Shown here: piece after piece, positions 1-10,122 of the stretch | Position numbering within the stretch: the first letter of the stretch is position 1 | Layout: the number at the start of each line of letters is the position of its first letter | Source: Planctomycetota bacterium | GTDB taxonomy: Bacteria > Planctomycetota > Planctomycetia > Gemmatales > Gemmataceae | DNA: 64,000 nucleotides | Assembly: GCA_009920765.1 (NCBI GenBank) | Contig: RFZJ01000005.1 | Location: 25,673-89,672, forward strand | Reading direction: 5' to 3' | Made by a program: the position numbers and the translations under genes | The notes under the pieces: generated by a model | The model's database searches: none | What the model saw: the letters and a program-made list of their open reading frames with translations, nothing else | Told to the model about the DNA's origin: nothing

Positions 1-16
1 GAATGTAGCTGAAGAA

Positions 17-2341
17 TTGTTCCCGATGGTGGTGGATGGCAGGGTGGTTGAGCTCGACCGCATTGCTGCCGATTTAATTAAAGCACCTCCCGTCAAAATT
101 ACAATTGATGGTAAAGAGGTGGAGATAGCCCGTGCCACTCTTTCCAAGAATCCGATTACTGGTGAATTGAAACCCAAGTTGACCACCATATTGGATGCTG
201 CACAGAAAGCGGGAGTTTTTATTCCCATTCTTTGTCATCGTGAACATATGGAACCCGTTGCTGTATGCAGGTTTTGTGCTGTTGATATCGGAGCCCGTAC
301 TCTCGTTGCTGCATGCCACCGCCCCGTGGAAGATGGCATGAAAGTTTCCACAGGTGCCACCAGTGAAAAAGTTAATAAATCGGTCAAGATTCTTACCGAA
401 CTTCTTCTTGTCGATAATGAAGTCCCCCGTGCTGTAAACAGGGAGTATGGCGACAATGAGCTTCGAACCATTGCCAAGAAGCTTGGCATGGATCCGCATG
501 CCTCCCGCTTCCCCAAAAACCCCAACGATCGTGGTACTGATGATAGTTCGATGATTATTTCTGTTGATCATAATGCCTGTATTCTTTGCGATCGCTGTGT
601 CAGGGCGTGCAATGAAATTCGCCATAATGAAGTGCTTGGTAGAATGAACAAAGGTTTTAAGTCCAGGATTTCATTTGACCTTAATGATCCGATGGGGCAT
701 TCCTCATGCGTTTCGTGTGGTGAATGCATGGCATCATGCCCTACCGGTGCGCTTACGAACAAGAAGCTTGTAGCTTCTAATCTTAGTGAGCAACCCGGAG
801 CGTTGCCTGTTTCTGTGGACGATCTTTTCACCCATGAACTTTTTCAAGGGATCAGCAAGCCATTCATGGAATGGAACCAGGGATCTGTCGTACGAAGGAA
901 ATTCAAGCAGGGCGAAATCGTCTGTAATGAAGGGGATTCTGGCTCGACCGCATTCATCATTGAGGATGGTGTGGTGGATGTGTTTTTGAAAAGCCCCTTG
1001 AATCATATCGAGAACACGCAATCAAGCGGCTTTCTTGGCTTGATCAAAAAGTTTACTACCACGCTTTCCACGTCCAAAAGGGAAGAGGAGAAAAAAGCCC
1101 GGTATATTTCAATTGATGCGCCCGTAAGCCTTAACACCAGCAACCCCATTGCCCAGTTGACCAAGGAAGATGTGTTATTTGGCGAAATGACTTGCATGAA
1201 CCATTACCCAAGGTCTGCCACTATTCGTGCCAAGACGGATATCACCCTTCTTGAAATTCGCAGGAATGTGCTCTACATTCTTCAACGCAATAAGCAGAGC
1301 AAGGCTATTCTCGATGCTGTTTATAATAAAAGATCCATAAGCACTCATCTTCGCAGCATCCCATTGTTTGCAGAGCAATTCACCAACGACAAGGATTTTG
1401 AGAAGTTTGTTGACCTGGTTCGTGAAAAAGCAAATCTTGTTCGCTTGAATCCGGGAGATGTTCTTTTCAGGCAGGGCGATGTAGAAGATAATTTCTATTT
1501 GGTTCGCATAGGTTTTGTCAAAATCTGGATCAAGCAACCTGGTGGCGATCATGTGATTAATTACACGGGGCCCGGGGGAATGGTTGGCGAAATCGCGCTC
1601 ATGGGTCATTTGGCAGAATTGCAAGGCAAATTGCTTACCCAAGGAAGAACTGCCAGTGCAACCGCCTTGGATCATGTGGATCTTGTCAGCATTAGTGGTG
1701 AAGATTTTAAAATCATCCTCGAGAATTTCCCTAAAATTCGTGAAAAGATGGTTGCCATCGCTTTGGAAAGACTTACAGAAATTCAAAGGCAGATCGCAAA
1801 AGTTGAAAGTACAAACCTTAATGATTTTCTTAAACAAGGGTTGATGGAAGCCCGTAGTTTATTGGTGTTGGACTTGGAAAAATGCACCCGTTGCGATGAA
1901 TGTACCAAGGCTTGCTCTGATACGCATCAAGGGGTGACCAGGTTGGTTCGTGAAGGCCTTCGGTTCGAAAACTTTCTCGTTGCCAGTTCATGCAGATCCT
2001 GCCTCGATCCTTATTGCATGGTTGGGTGCCCAGTGGATGCAATTCATCGTGGCAAAAAACGCGAGATGATCATTGAAAACTGGTGCATCGGTTGTGGAAA
2101 ATGCGCCCAGAATTGCCCTTATGGCAATATCAACATGCAGCCTTTCGAAACCAATGAAAAAATTGATGATGTCAACAGGCCTGGTTACAAAGTTGCGGTC
2201 GTGCAGCAAAAAGCAACCATGTGCGACCTTTGCGAATCGGTCGATGGTCAGCCTAGTTGTGTTTATGCGTGCCCCCATGATGCTGCACATCGCATGAGTG
2301 GGACCGAGTTGATCAAAAAGGTTGAATCCAATAAAAATTAA
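17..2341 (+). CDS. Multi-cluster Fe-S electron-transfer protein with two internal cyclic-nucleotide-binding domains (NuoG/FdhA-like N-terminus, DmsB/HybA-like four-cluster C-terminus)
   Basis: 774-aa ORF. Cys73-x10-Cys84-x2-Cys87-x12-Cys100 has NuoG-type 2Fe-2S spacing. CILCDRCVRAC and CVSCGECMASCP give two 4Fe-4S sites. Two CAP-type domains carry phosphate-binding cassettes FGEMTCMNHYPRSATIRA and GEIALMG...GRTASATA. The C-terminus has four Cys groups: CTRCDECTKAC, CRSCLDPYCMVGCP, CIGCGKCAQNCP, CDLCESVDGQPSCVYACP. The frame is open back to base 2, so the true start (TTG 17, ATG 26, or left of the window) is uncertain. Confidence 0.85.
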   Translation: MFPMVVDGRVVELDRIAADLIKAPPVKITIDGKEVEIARATLSKNPITGELKPKLTTILDAAQKAGVFIPILCHREHMEPVAVCRFCAVDIGARTLVAACHRPVEDGMKVSTGATSEKVNKSVKILTELLLVDNEVPRAVNREYGDNELRTIAKKLGMDPHASRFPKNPNDRGTDDSSMIISVDHNACILCDRCVRACNEIRHNEVLGRMNKGFKSRISFDLNDPMGHSSCVSCGECMASCPTGALTNKKLVASNLSEQPGALPVSVDDLFTHELFQGISKPFMEWNQGSVVRRKFKQGEIVCNEGDSGSTAFIIEDGVVDVFLKSPLNHIENTQSSGFLGLIKKFTTTLSTSKREEEKKARYISIDAPVSLNTSNPIAQLTKEDVLFGEMTCMNHYPRSATIRAKTDITLLEIRRNVLYILQRNKQSKAILDAVYNKRSISTHLRSIPLFAEQFTNDKDFEKFVDLVREKANLVRLNPGDVLFRQGDVEDNFYLVRIGFVKIWIKQPGGDHVINYTGPGGMVGEIALMGHLAELQGKLLTQGRTASATALDHVDLVSISGEDFKIILENFPKIREKMVAIALERLTEIQRQIAKVESTNLNDFLKQGLMEARSLLVLDLEKCTRCDECTKACSDTHQGVTRLVREGLRFENFLVASSCRSCLDPYCMVGCPVDAIHRGKKREMIIENWCIGCGKCAQNCPYGNINMQPFETNEKIDDVNRPGYKVAVVQQKATMCDLCESVDGQPSCVYACPHDAAHRMSGTELIKKVESNKN

Positions 2342-2369
2342 ATCTTTTGCGGTTTGGAAAGAATAAATA

Positions 2370-3788
2370 ATGAGTGTTGAAAAATTTGATTTAGTGGTGA
2401 TTGGTTCCGGCCCTGCTGGGGAAAAGGGAGCTGCTGCTGCTGCGTACTTTGGTAAGAAAGTCGCCCTGATTGAAAAAGAAAATGTGCTGGGTGGGGCCGC
2501 TGCCAATACTGGCACCCTTCCTTCCAAAACTCTCCGGGAATCGGCACTTTACCTTTCCGGGTTTAAACAAAGAAAACTGTTTGGGTTTCAGGTAGATATG
2601 AAGAAGACTATTCATATCAGTGATTTCATGGCGCATGAGCGCTTTGTCACAGATAATGAGCGCCAGCGTATTCGTGAAAATCTTGCCAAGCACGATATTA
2701 CCGTATTTCGTGGCATGTCCTCTTTTGTTGATCCTGAAACCGTTGTTATAAAGCCTGACCGCTGCCCTGAAATCCAGTTGAAGGCCAATCGGTTTCTCAT
2801 TGCAACAGGTTCCTATCCTTTCAGGCCCAAGAATTTCCCATTCCACGACCCTAGGGTTTTTGATTCCGATACGATTTTAACCCTTGATGTTATTCCTGAG
2901 AGCATGCTTGTTATTGGTGGTGGTGTGATTGGTTGCGAATATGCATGTATGTTTGCGGCCTTGGGGGTTCGTGTCTGCGTGGTGGAGAAATCCGAGAAGA
3001 TTGTTGGGGGAATGGATATTGAAATTTCAACCGCCTTGAAAGCTCGAATGGAATCTTCAGGCATTAAATTCTTCATGGGTGATTCCGTGAAAAAAATCGA
3101 GTGTGGTAAGGTGGTCGAAGTTGAACTGGAATCGGGCGCAATCGTTGAGACTCATGCGGTTTTGGTTTCCTCGGGAAGATCTGGGCAAACCGGTTCCATT
3201 GGTCTTGAAAATGTTGGCATTACAACCAATTCGCGTGGGCACATTTTGGTTAACGAACATTTTCAAACCAATCAACCACATATTTATGCCGCTGGCGATG
3301 TTATTGGTAATCCCTCGCTAGCCTCCACTGCCATGGCTCAGGGCCGTATTGCTGTTTACCATGCTTTTGGCCTTAAGCAATCCGTCCACTTTCCTTCCCT
3401 TCTTCCCAGCGGCTTATACACCATCCCAGAATGCTCTTCAGCGGGGCACTCGGAAGACCAGCTTAACGAATCTAAAATCCCTTATGTTGTAGGCAAGGCT
3501 AGTTATGCCAATAATGCAAGGGGTCAGATCATTGGTGATACCGAGGGATTTCTTAAATTACTTTTTCATCGGGAAAGTAAAAAACTTCTTGGGGTTCATG
3601 TCATTGGTGAAGGGGCAACCGAAATTGTTCATATTGGACTTACAGTCATGGTGATGGATGGTGGCGTAGATGTTTTTATCGATACCTGCTACAACTACCC
3701 AACCATCAGCGAAGTTTATAAATATGCATCCTACGATGCCCTCTCCAAATTTGATAAAATCGATGAATCTTCCCAAGAAACTTCCTGA
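2370..3788 (+). CDS. sthA: Soluble pyridine nucleotide transhydrogenase-like flavoprotein (class-I pyridine nucleotide-disulfide oxidoreductase fold without the redox-active CxxxxC)
   Basis: N-terminal FAD motif DLVVIGSGPAGEKGA. GGAAANTGTLPSKTLRE sits where lipoamide dehydrogenases carry CxxxxC and contains no Cys, as in SthA/UdhA. Second dinucleotide motif VIGGGVIGCEYA. C-terminal dimerisation region with YNYPT. It lies 28 nt downstream of the Fe-S/cNMP gene. Confidence 0.75.
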   Translation: MSVEKFDLVVIGSGPAGEKGAAAAAYFGKKVALIEKENVLGGAAANTGTLPSKTLRESALYLSGFKQRKLFGFQVDMKKTIHISDFMAHERFVTDNERQRIRENLAKHDITVFRGMSSFVDPETVVIKPDRCPEIQLKANRFLIATGSYPFRPKNFPFHDPRVFDSDTILTLDVIPESMLVIGGGVIGCEYACMFAALGVRVCVVEKSEKIVGGMDIEISTALKARMESSGIKFFMGDSVKKIECGKVVEVELESGAIVETHAVLVSSGRSGQTGSIGLENVGITTNSRGHILVNEHFQTNQPHIYAAGDVIGNPSLASTAMAQGRIAVYHAFGLKQSVHFPSLLPSGLYTIPECSSAGHSEDQLNESKIPYVVGKASYANNARGQIIGDTEGFLKLLFHRESKKLLGVHVIGEGATEIVHIGLTVMVMDGGVDVFIDTCYNYPTISEVYKYASYDALSKFDKIDESSQETS

Positions 3789-3858
3789 TTATTAGGTTTT
3801 TCTTCGTTTCGCCTTATAATGACTTAGGATATCCAGTGTTTTTTCAAGGCTTGATACG

Positions 3859-4437
3859 ATGAAAATTGTTCACTACCCACACCCTGCTTTGCGTTTTCAG
3901 GCCAAGCCGATTTCTTCAATCGACAAGAAGATCAAACTTCAGATTGGTGAAATGTTTGATCTCATGTATGAAGCCAAGGGACTGGGCCTTGCTGCAACTC
4001 AAGTTGCGCTTCCTTTTCAATTGCTGGTGATGAATGTGTCCGGTGATCCTGATAAAAAAGAACATGAATTTGTTTATATCAATCCAACCCTGGTTGAGCG
4101 CAAGGGCACCATGGATGGCGAAGAAGGGTGTCTCAGCTTTCCTGGTTTGTTTCAAAAAGTGCGCAGGGCTAAAACCGTAAAAATCCAAGCCTATAACCTT
4201 CTGGGTGAAAAGGTCGAAGTGGTTGCTTCCGACCTCGCCTCCAGAGCCTGGCAGCATGAAATCGATCACCTTAATGGTGTCCTTTTTGTTGACAAGCTTG
4301 GTATCATCGGCAAGCTTGCTTCCCGTGGCGCTCTAAAAGAACTTGAAGAAGAATTCAAGTTAGCCCAACAGCGCGGAGAAATTCCTCCTGAAACCGAGAT
4401 CAAAGCTCTTATCGATTCTCTTTTGTCCGGATCTTGA
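3859..4437 (+). CDS. def: Peptide deformylase
   Basis: All three PDF motifs are present: GLGLAATQV, EGCLSFPG, QHEIDHLNG. Confidence 0.95.
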   Translation: MKIVHYPHPALRFQAKPISSIDKKIKLQIGEMFDLMYEAKGLGLAATQVALPFQLLVMNVSGDPDKKEHEFVYINPTLVERKGTMDGEEGCLSFPGLFQKVRRAKTVKIQAYNLLGEKVEVVASDLASRAWQHEIDHLNGVLFVDKLGIIGKLASRGALKELEEEFKLAQQRGEIPPETEIKALIDSLLSGS

Positions 4438-4456
4438 TTTTCCCGGGGGTTGATTC

Positions 4457-5428
4457 ATGCGAATTGTCATGATGGGCACAGGTATTTTTTCCGAGCCCAC
4501 TTTTGAATCCCTTCTGCTCAACAAAAAACAAGTTGTTGCATTATTTACCCAACCCGATCGTGCCATTGGGGAAGAAAAAGCTTCCACCAGACAGATTGGC
4601 AAGGGAATGAAAAATATCGCCCTTCAGCATCATATCCCCGTCTTTCAACCTTTTAAAATCAACTCAGATGAGGGGCTTACCATTCTTCGTGATCTTCGCC
4701 CTGATCTTTTCGTTGTTGCGGCCTATGGCCAAATTCTTTCCCCCGAGGTGCTTGCGATTCCCACTCTTGGTGGTATTAATGTTCATGCATCCCTTCTGCC
4801 AAAGTACCGTGGGGCTGCTCCTGTTCAATGGACCATTGCAAACTGCGAAAAAGAAACAGGCGTATCCATTATCCAGATGACACCCACGCTTGACGGTGGG
4901 CATATTCTCGCAACGGTAACCACTCCGGTTTCTCCGGAAGAAACTGCGGGGGAACTCGAGGCCAGGCTTTCTACGATGGGGGCAACTATTGCCCTTGAGG
5001 TTATTGCAAAAATGGAGGCCGGCCCCATTCAAGGGCTTCCGCAGGATATTTCCCTTGCGACCAAGGCGCCCAAGCTTCGTAAAGAGCATGGCAACATCAA
5101 TTGGGAACGTAATGCTCTAGAAATCAGCGCTCATATCCGGGCAATGCAACCCTGGCCCACAGCTTTCACCTTGTGGAAACGCAATGGGCAGCCCCCCCTT
5201 CGTATTATGATTTTTAAGGCTGTTCCCTCGTTTGAATCCACCACTACCCTGCCACCTGGAACTATTCTTGAACCAGCGAAAGACTTAAACATCATGCAGG
5301 TGGCCGCAGGAAATGGCACGATCCTTAATGTGTTAGAGGTTCAGCCTGCTGGGAAGCGCAAGATGGCTGCTGCTGAATTTCTTAGAGGTAGGCACTGGTT
5401 TTCTGGTGACTCTTTTGCAAGGGCTTAA
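4457..5428 (+). CDS. fmt: Methionyl-tRNA formyltransferase
   Basis: Formyl-transferase N-domain (MRIVMMGTG..., NVHASLLPKYRGAAPVQW) plus a C-terminal domain. Shows the classic def-fmt adjacency. Confidence 0.93.
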   Translation: MRIVMMGTGIFSEPTFESLLLNKKQVVALFTQPDRAIGEEKASTRQIGKGMKNIALQHHIPVFQPFKINSDEGLTILRDLRPDLFVVAAYGQILSPEVLAIPTLGGINVHASLLPKYRGAAPVQWTIANCEKETGVSIIQMTPTLDGGHILATVTTPVSPEETAGELEARLSTMGATIALEVIAKMEAGPIQGLPQDISLATKAPKLRKEHGNINWERNALEISAHIRAMQPWPTAFTLWKRNGQPPLRIMIFKAVPSFESTTTLPPGTILEPAKDLNIMQVAAGNGTILNVLEVQPAGKRKMAAAEFLRGRHWFSGDSFARA

Positions 5429-5494
5429 ACCTTGACCCGAGGTTTAGTACAATAACCTTTTATTCTTTTGGTTCGAGCAGGTTTAAATTTATTC

Positions 5495-6976
5495 ATGGCT
5501 AAGAAACTTTTCATTGAGACTGTTGGCTGCCAGATGAATGTTCTGGATAGCGAAATCGTTGTTGGCACACTGAAAAAACAGGGGTACGAACTTGCTACCG
5601 AGGCCACCGATGCAGATGTGATTCTTTTCAATACTTGTAGTGTACGTCAGCATGCCGAGGATAAAATTTATAGTGCCTTGGGCCGGATCAGGATTCACAT
5701 GGAGGAAAACCCGCACAAGATTCTTGGCGTGCTTGGGTGCATGGCTCAAAAAGATCAGGAATTGATCCTCCGAAGGGCACCCCATGTCGATGTCGTTTGT
5801 GGTACCGGGCAGTTGGGCAGGATTGCTGAACTTATTGAAGATGCAAAATCATCCGGTAAACCCCAACTGGCACTCAGCCTCGGTAGATCTGATGCCTCCA
5901 GGGATGAAGTGGAACGCAGTTTCGAAAGTTATGACCCCTCCAGAGAAACTGCGATGCGGCCCAATTCTTTCCAAGCTTTTGTTCGCATCATGTTTGGCTG
6001 TGATAAATTTTGCACCTACTGCATTGTTCCAAGCACCAGAGGTCCCGAGCAAAGCAGGTCTCCCGATCATATCCTAGCTGAAGTTCGACTGCTCGCTGAT
6101 CAGGGTTGCAAGGAGATTACTTTCCTTGGACAAACTGTTAATAGCTATTATTACAAGCACGGCGATGGTAGAACCACCACACTTGCAGGGCTTTTAAATC
6201 TGATTCATGATACACCAGGTATCGAGAGGATTAAATTCGTCACCAATTATCCCAAGGACATGGATGATGAACTTCTTGATGCGGTGCGTGAGTTACCGAA
6301 GGTTTGCAAGTACCTTCATGTGCCTGTGCAATCCGGTTGTAATGAGGTGCTTAAGCGCATGAAGCGCCTTTATACGGTTGAATATTATATTGAGATGCTT
6401 AAGCGTTGCAGAGAGAAAGTCCCCGGTGTTGCTGTTTCCAGTGATTTTATTGTTGGCTTTTGTGGGGAGACGGAAGAATCTTTCAGGCGCAGTTGCGATC
6501 TGGTTGAAAAGAGCATGTTCAAAAACAGCTATATTTTCAAATACAGCACCAGACCCGGCACCAAGGCTGATGATCTTTATCCCGATGATATCAGCGAGGC
6601 CACAAAAAAACGTAGAAACAATGATCTCCTTGCTATTCAGGATGCCAACAGTCTTGTCGATCATCGTTCTAAAATCGGATCTGTTTTGGATATATTGGTG
6701 GAAGGCCCAAGTAAATTAGCTGCAAAACATCCAGATGGCCCCAGACAACTTACTGGCCATACCATGACCGATCACATCACAGTTTTTGATGGTAATGAAA
6801 GGCTGATTGGCAATACCGTCAAAGTGCTTATTGAGGATGCAACAGCTTTTACACTTTTTGGCAGGATCATAACGGATGAAGTTTCCGGGGCTTCTTTGGT
6901 TTCCCGGGAAGCTGCGATTGTGCAACCCAGCATTACTCCCAAGACAGGTAGAAAATCCCTCGAGATCATCTCTTAG
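5495..6976 (+). CDS. miaB: tRNA (N6-isopentenyl adenosine(37)-C2)-methylthiotransferase
   Basis: UPF0004 N-domain FIETVGCQMN...FNTCSVR. Radical-SAM motif CDKFCTYC. C-terminal TRAM-like segment. I prefer the ATG at 5495 (MAKKLFIETVGCQMN) over the TTG at 5468 used in the ORF track. Confidence 0.9.
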   Translation: MAKKLFIETVGCQMNVLDSEIVVGTLKKQGYELATEATDADVILFNTCSVRQHAEDKIYSALGRIRIHMEENPHKILGVLGCMAQKDQELILRRAPHVDVVCGTGQLGRIAELIEDAKSSGKPQLALSLGRSDASRDEVERSFESYDPSRETAMRPNSFQAFVRIMFGCDKFCTYCIVPSTRGPEQSRSPDHILAEVRLLADQGCKEITFLGQTVNSYYYKHGDGRTTTLAGLLNLIHDTPGIERIKFVTNYPKDMDDELLDAVRELPKVCKYLHVPVQSGCNEVLKRMKRLYTVEYYIEMLKRCREKVPGVAVSSDFIVGFCGETEESFRRSCDLVEKSMFKNSYIFKYSTRPGTKADDLYPDDISEATKKRRNNDLLAIQDANSLVDHRSKIGSVLDILVEGPSKLAAKHPDGPRQLTGHTMTDHITVFDGNERLIGNTVKVLIEDATAFTLFGRIITDEVSGASLVSREAAIVQPSITPKTGRKSLEIIS

Positions 6977-7020
6977 AGGTCATTTAGTAAAAAGGTTTTT
7001 TAAACTGAAACTGCAAACCC

Positions 7021-10000
7021 ATGAATAGCCCTGCGAATCCTGAGTTTGATTGGCTGAATAGTTTCAAGCATACCGATCCTGTGCGGGCTCAAAAAAATCT
7101 TTCCCTGCTTGCAAAACATCTTGATGCTGATTCTTTTCTTTTGCTTCACAGTAGTATCAAAGAGCTTCTACCCTCTTTGCCAGACCCTGGTCGTTCCCTC
7201 AATAATCTTGAACGTTTCTTTTCCCAATCTTCCTCCAAGCCTTATTGGGAGTTGATTCTTCGCAGCAACAATGCCACTCTTCTTGATCTCCTTCAGATTT
7301 TCAGTACCAGCCAATCGTTCAGTGACCTTTTGATCTCTTACCCGGATTGCATTGATATGCTTGGCGTACCTCTGCATGAAACTCCTTCGAGGGAGCAACT
7401 GGTGCAGGAACTTCAAGCAGAGGTTGATAAAAACCCTGATGATTCATCGATTCTTAGGGCGTTACGTAGATACAAGCAAAGGCAGGTTCTTAGAATCGGG
7501 GGTAATGATATTCTTCGCAATAGACCTCTTGAAGAAGTTACCAGGGATATATCCCAAGTTGCTGAAGCTGCACTTGAAGTTGCATTGAATCTCGCACGAA
7601 AAACCCTTGAGCGCAGATACGGCATACCTCTCAATACATCCGGTCTCCCTGCATCCTGTTGCATTTTAGCCTTTGGAAAACTAGGTGGCGAAGAGCTGAA
7701 CTATTCCTCTGATATCGACCTTATGTTTGTTTATGATGACGATGGCATTACCAAAATCCCTCGGGGAACCCCCATTGAGAACTCCGAATTCTTCAGCAGA
7801 CTGGCTTCTGAAATTGTCAGGCTACTCTCCTCGCATACCGACAGGGGTACATGCTACAGGGTTGATCTAAGGCTTCGCCCTGAAGGCCAGCGTGGACCTC
7901 TGGCTCGTTCCCTTGAAGGCACTCTTGCCTACTACGATACACTTGGTAGAACTTTTGAAAGGCAGGCCCTTATCAAGGTTCGCACTGTTGCGGGTGATTT
8001 CAATCTTGGCCATGCCTTCATAAAAGCCATCGAATCTTTCGTCTATCGCAGATATCTTTCCTTTGCTGAAATCAATGAAATCAAAGCACTTAAACGCAGG
8101 ATCGAACTGCAAACCTCAAAGCAGGGCCTTGAGCAAACCGAAGTCAAGACAGGGCGGGGGGGTATCAGGGATATCGAGTTCACCATCCAGTTTCTTCAGC
8201 TTCTCAATGGTGGCGATCTGCATATGGTTCGTGAACGAAATACTTTGAAAGCTCTGCTTGCACTGGAAAAAGAAGGCTGTCTTACTGATCAAGAATCCAG
8301 GGTCCTTGATGATGCTTATCGGTTCCTGCGCAAAACCGAACATCGCCTTCAAGTATTGTTTGACCTGCAAACTCATAAGCTTCCTGATAAGGATGATGAA
8401 TTAAACAAGCTAGCACAAAGAATGGGTTACTTTTCCGAGGATCTTAAATCTCCCAGGGAGTTGTTTCTTGAAGAATATAAAGATCGCACCTCTCTTACCC
8501 ATAGGATTCTTGAACATCTTTTGCATCAGACTTTCTCGGGAGATGCAGATCAATCCGAACCAGAATCAGATATTATTCTCGACCCAAACCCCGAACCGGA
8601 ATTGATCCACGCCGCTTTGGAAAAATATCGTTTTAAAAATGTTAATGCCGCTTATCAAAACCTTCTTCTTCTGGCTCAGGAATCCGCACCATTCCTTTCA
8701 ACCAGACGATGCAGACACTTTCTTGCTTCGATTGCCCCTGCATTATTAAAAAGCTTGAGAGAGACGCCGGATCCTGACATGGCTCTTATGAACCTCGAAA
8801 AAGTCACAGCTTCCCTTGGTGCAAAAACCATCCTCTGGGAACTTTTCAGCTTTAACCCTCCTAGCCTTAAACTCTATGTAGACATTTGCGCATGGAGCCA
8901 GTTTCTCTCAGGTATCCTTGTCAATAACCCAGGCATGATTGATGAACTTCTTGATTCCCTTGTGCTCGACCAACCCAGAAAAATTTCTGAATTAAAACTA
9001 GAATTGGCAGACCTCTGTAAAAACGCAACTGATCTTGATCCGATCCTTCATAGCTTTCAAGACAAGGAGCTTCTTAGAATTGGCGTACGCGATATTCTTG
9101 GTAAGGATCCAATCCGGCTTATTGTTGCGTCTCTTAGCGATCTTGCTGAAACGCTTCTTTCAACCGTGGCTGATATTGAAATGAATTCAATGGTTCTTAA
9201 ATTTGGCCCACCTGTTCTTTCCATTGGCCCTAGGGCGGGAAAACCTTGTAGATATGCAATTGTTGGCCTTGGAAAACTGGGCGGCAGAGAAATCAATTAC
9301 CATAGCGATCTTGACTTGATCATTCTTTATGAGGGTGAAGGTAAGCCCATTGGGGCCAATAATCAAAATCCTGATGAACAACAACCCGACAACAATTCCT
9401 TCTTTATCGAGCTCACACAACGGATCATCAGAACCCTCAGTAATCATGGCCCTTTGGGTAGACTTTATGAACTGGACTTCCGATTGCGACCCACAGGCCG
9501 ATCAGGAAGCCTTGTAATTCCCATCCAAGAGTTCCAAAAATATTATTACGATTCTGATAACGTTCAGCTTTGGGAAAGACTCATGCTTTCGCGGGCCCGG
9601 GTCGTTCATGGCGATTCCTCCTTTGCAAATGATGTTTCCTTGGTTGTCAATAATGCCGTATGCATGGTCCCCTGGAAAAGCAGTTTTATTGATGAAATAA
9701 AAATCATGCGGGATCGACTTGAAGCCAGCAGAAATCCAGGTGATTTAAAAAGGGGCAGTGGAGGCATGGCGGACGTTGAATTTCTGGTCGAGCTTTTACA
9801 AATTCGCTTTGGAGCAAGCCATCCTTCCATCAGGCATCCCAACGTCTGGTCTGCGCTTGAGGCCATGAAATCTTGTGGTTTGGTTTCTCCTACCGAGCAT
9901 TTTGAATTGACCAGTGCTTATGATTTTCTTTTTCGAGTTCAGGGCAGATTACGAATTGTCAAAAATCTTGCCATTGATACCATTCCTGATAAATCTGATG

Positions 10001-10119
10001 AAGTCACCAAGCTTGCCCGAAGATTAGGCTTCGATCTTCTCGCATTTCAAGAAACGCTTTCAAGGCATCAGAAAATCGTCCGGAACCATTATTTGCAAAT
10101 CTTGGAAGGATGCAGATAG
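7021..10119 (+). CDS. glnE: Bifunctional glutamine synthetase adenylyltransferase / adenylyl-removing enzyme
   Basis: 1032 aa with duplicated nucleotidyltransferase halves (GKLGGEELNYSSDIDLMFVY and GKLGGREINYHSDLDLIILY). Each half is followed by a GlnE helical domain (GRGGIRDIEF, GSGGMADVEF). Confidence 0.92.
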   Translation: MNSPANPEFDWLNSFKHTDPVRAQKNLSLLAKHLDADSFLLLHSSIKELLPSLPDPGRSLNNLERFFSQSSSKPYWELILRSNNATLLDLLQIFSTSQSFSDLLISYPDCIDMLGVPLHETPSREQLVQELQAEVDKNPDDSSILRALRRYKQRQVLRIGGNDILRNRPLEEVTRDISQVAEAALEVALNLARKTLERRYGIPLNTSGLPASCCILAFGKLGGEELNYSSDIDLMFVYDDDGITKIPRGTPIENSEFFSRLASEIVRLLSSHTDRGTCYRVDLRLRPEGQRGPLARSLEGTLAYYDTLGRTFERQALIKVRTVAGDFNLGHAFIKAIESFVYRRYLSFAEINEIKALKRRIELQTSKQGLEQTEVKTGRGGIRDIEFTIQFLQLLNGGDLHMVRERNTLKALLALEKEGCLTDQESRVLDDAYRFLRKTEHRLQVLFDLQTHKLPDKDDELNKLAQRMGYFSEDLKSPRELFLEEYKDRTSLTHRILEHLLHQTFSGDADQSEPESDIILDPNPEPELIHAALEKYRFKNVNAAYQNLLLLAQESAPFLSTRRCRHFLASIAPALLKSLRETPDPDMALMNLEKVTASLGAKTILWELFSFNPPSLKLYVDICAWSQFLSGILVNNPGMIDELLDSLVLDQPRKISELKLELADLCKNATDLDPILHSFQDKELLRIGVRDILGKDPIRLIVASLSDLAETLLSTVADIEMNSMVLKFGPPVLSIGPRAGKPCRYAIVGLGKLGGREINYHSDLDLIILYEGEGKPIGANNQNPDEQQPDNNSFFIELTQRIIRTLSNHGPLGRLYELDFRLRPTGRSGSLVIPIQEFQKYYYDSDNVQLWERLMLSRARVVHGDSSFANDVSLVVNNAVCMVPWKSSFIDEIKIMRDRLEASRNPGDLKRGSGGMADVEFLVELLQIRFGASHPSIRHPNVWSALEAMKSCGLVSPTEHFELTSAYDFLFRVQGRLRIVKNLAIDTIPDKSDEVTKLARRLGFDLLAFQETLSRHQKIVRNHYLQILEGCR

Positions 10120-10122
10120 CCA

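Noticed and set aside
1175-1837. A 220-aa minus-strand ORF inside the Fe-S/cNMP gene.
   Set aside because: It lies entirely antisense to a motif-rich CDS. It has no recognisable domain and an odd composition.
5468-5494. N-terminal extensions given by the ORF track at non-ATG or upstream starts. These affect miaB (5468), crtN (17346), the esterase (32693), the HEAT protein (35022), ilvC (40046), the propeller-phosphoesterase (41294), usp (46877) and DUF503 (61860).
   Set aside because: In each case an internal ATG gives a canonical family N-terminus or signal peptide, often has a better RBS, and removes overlap with the neighbouring gene.
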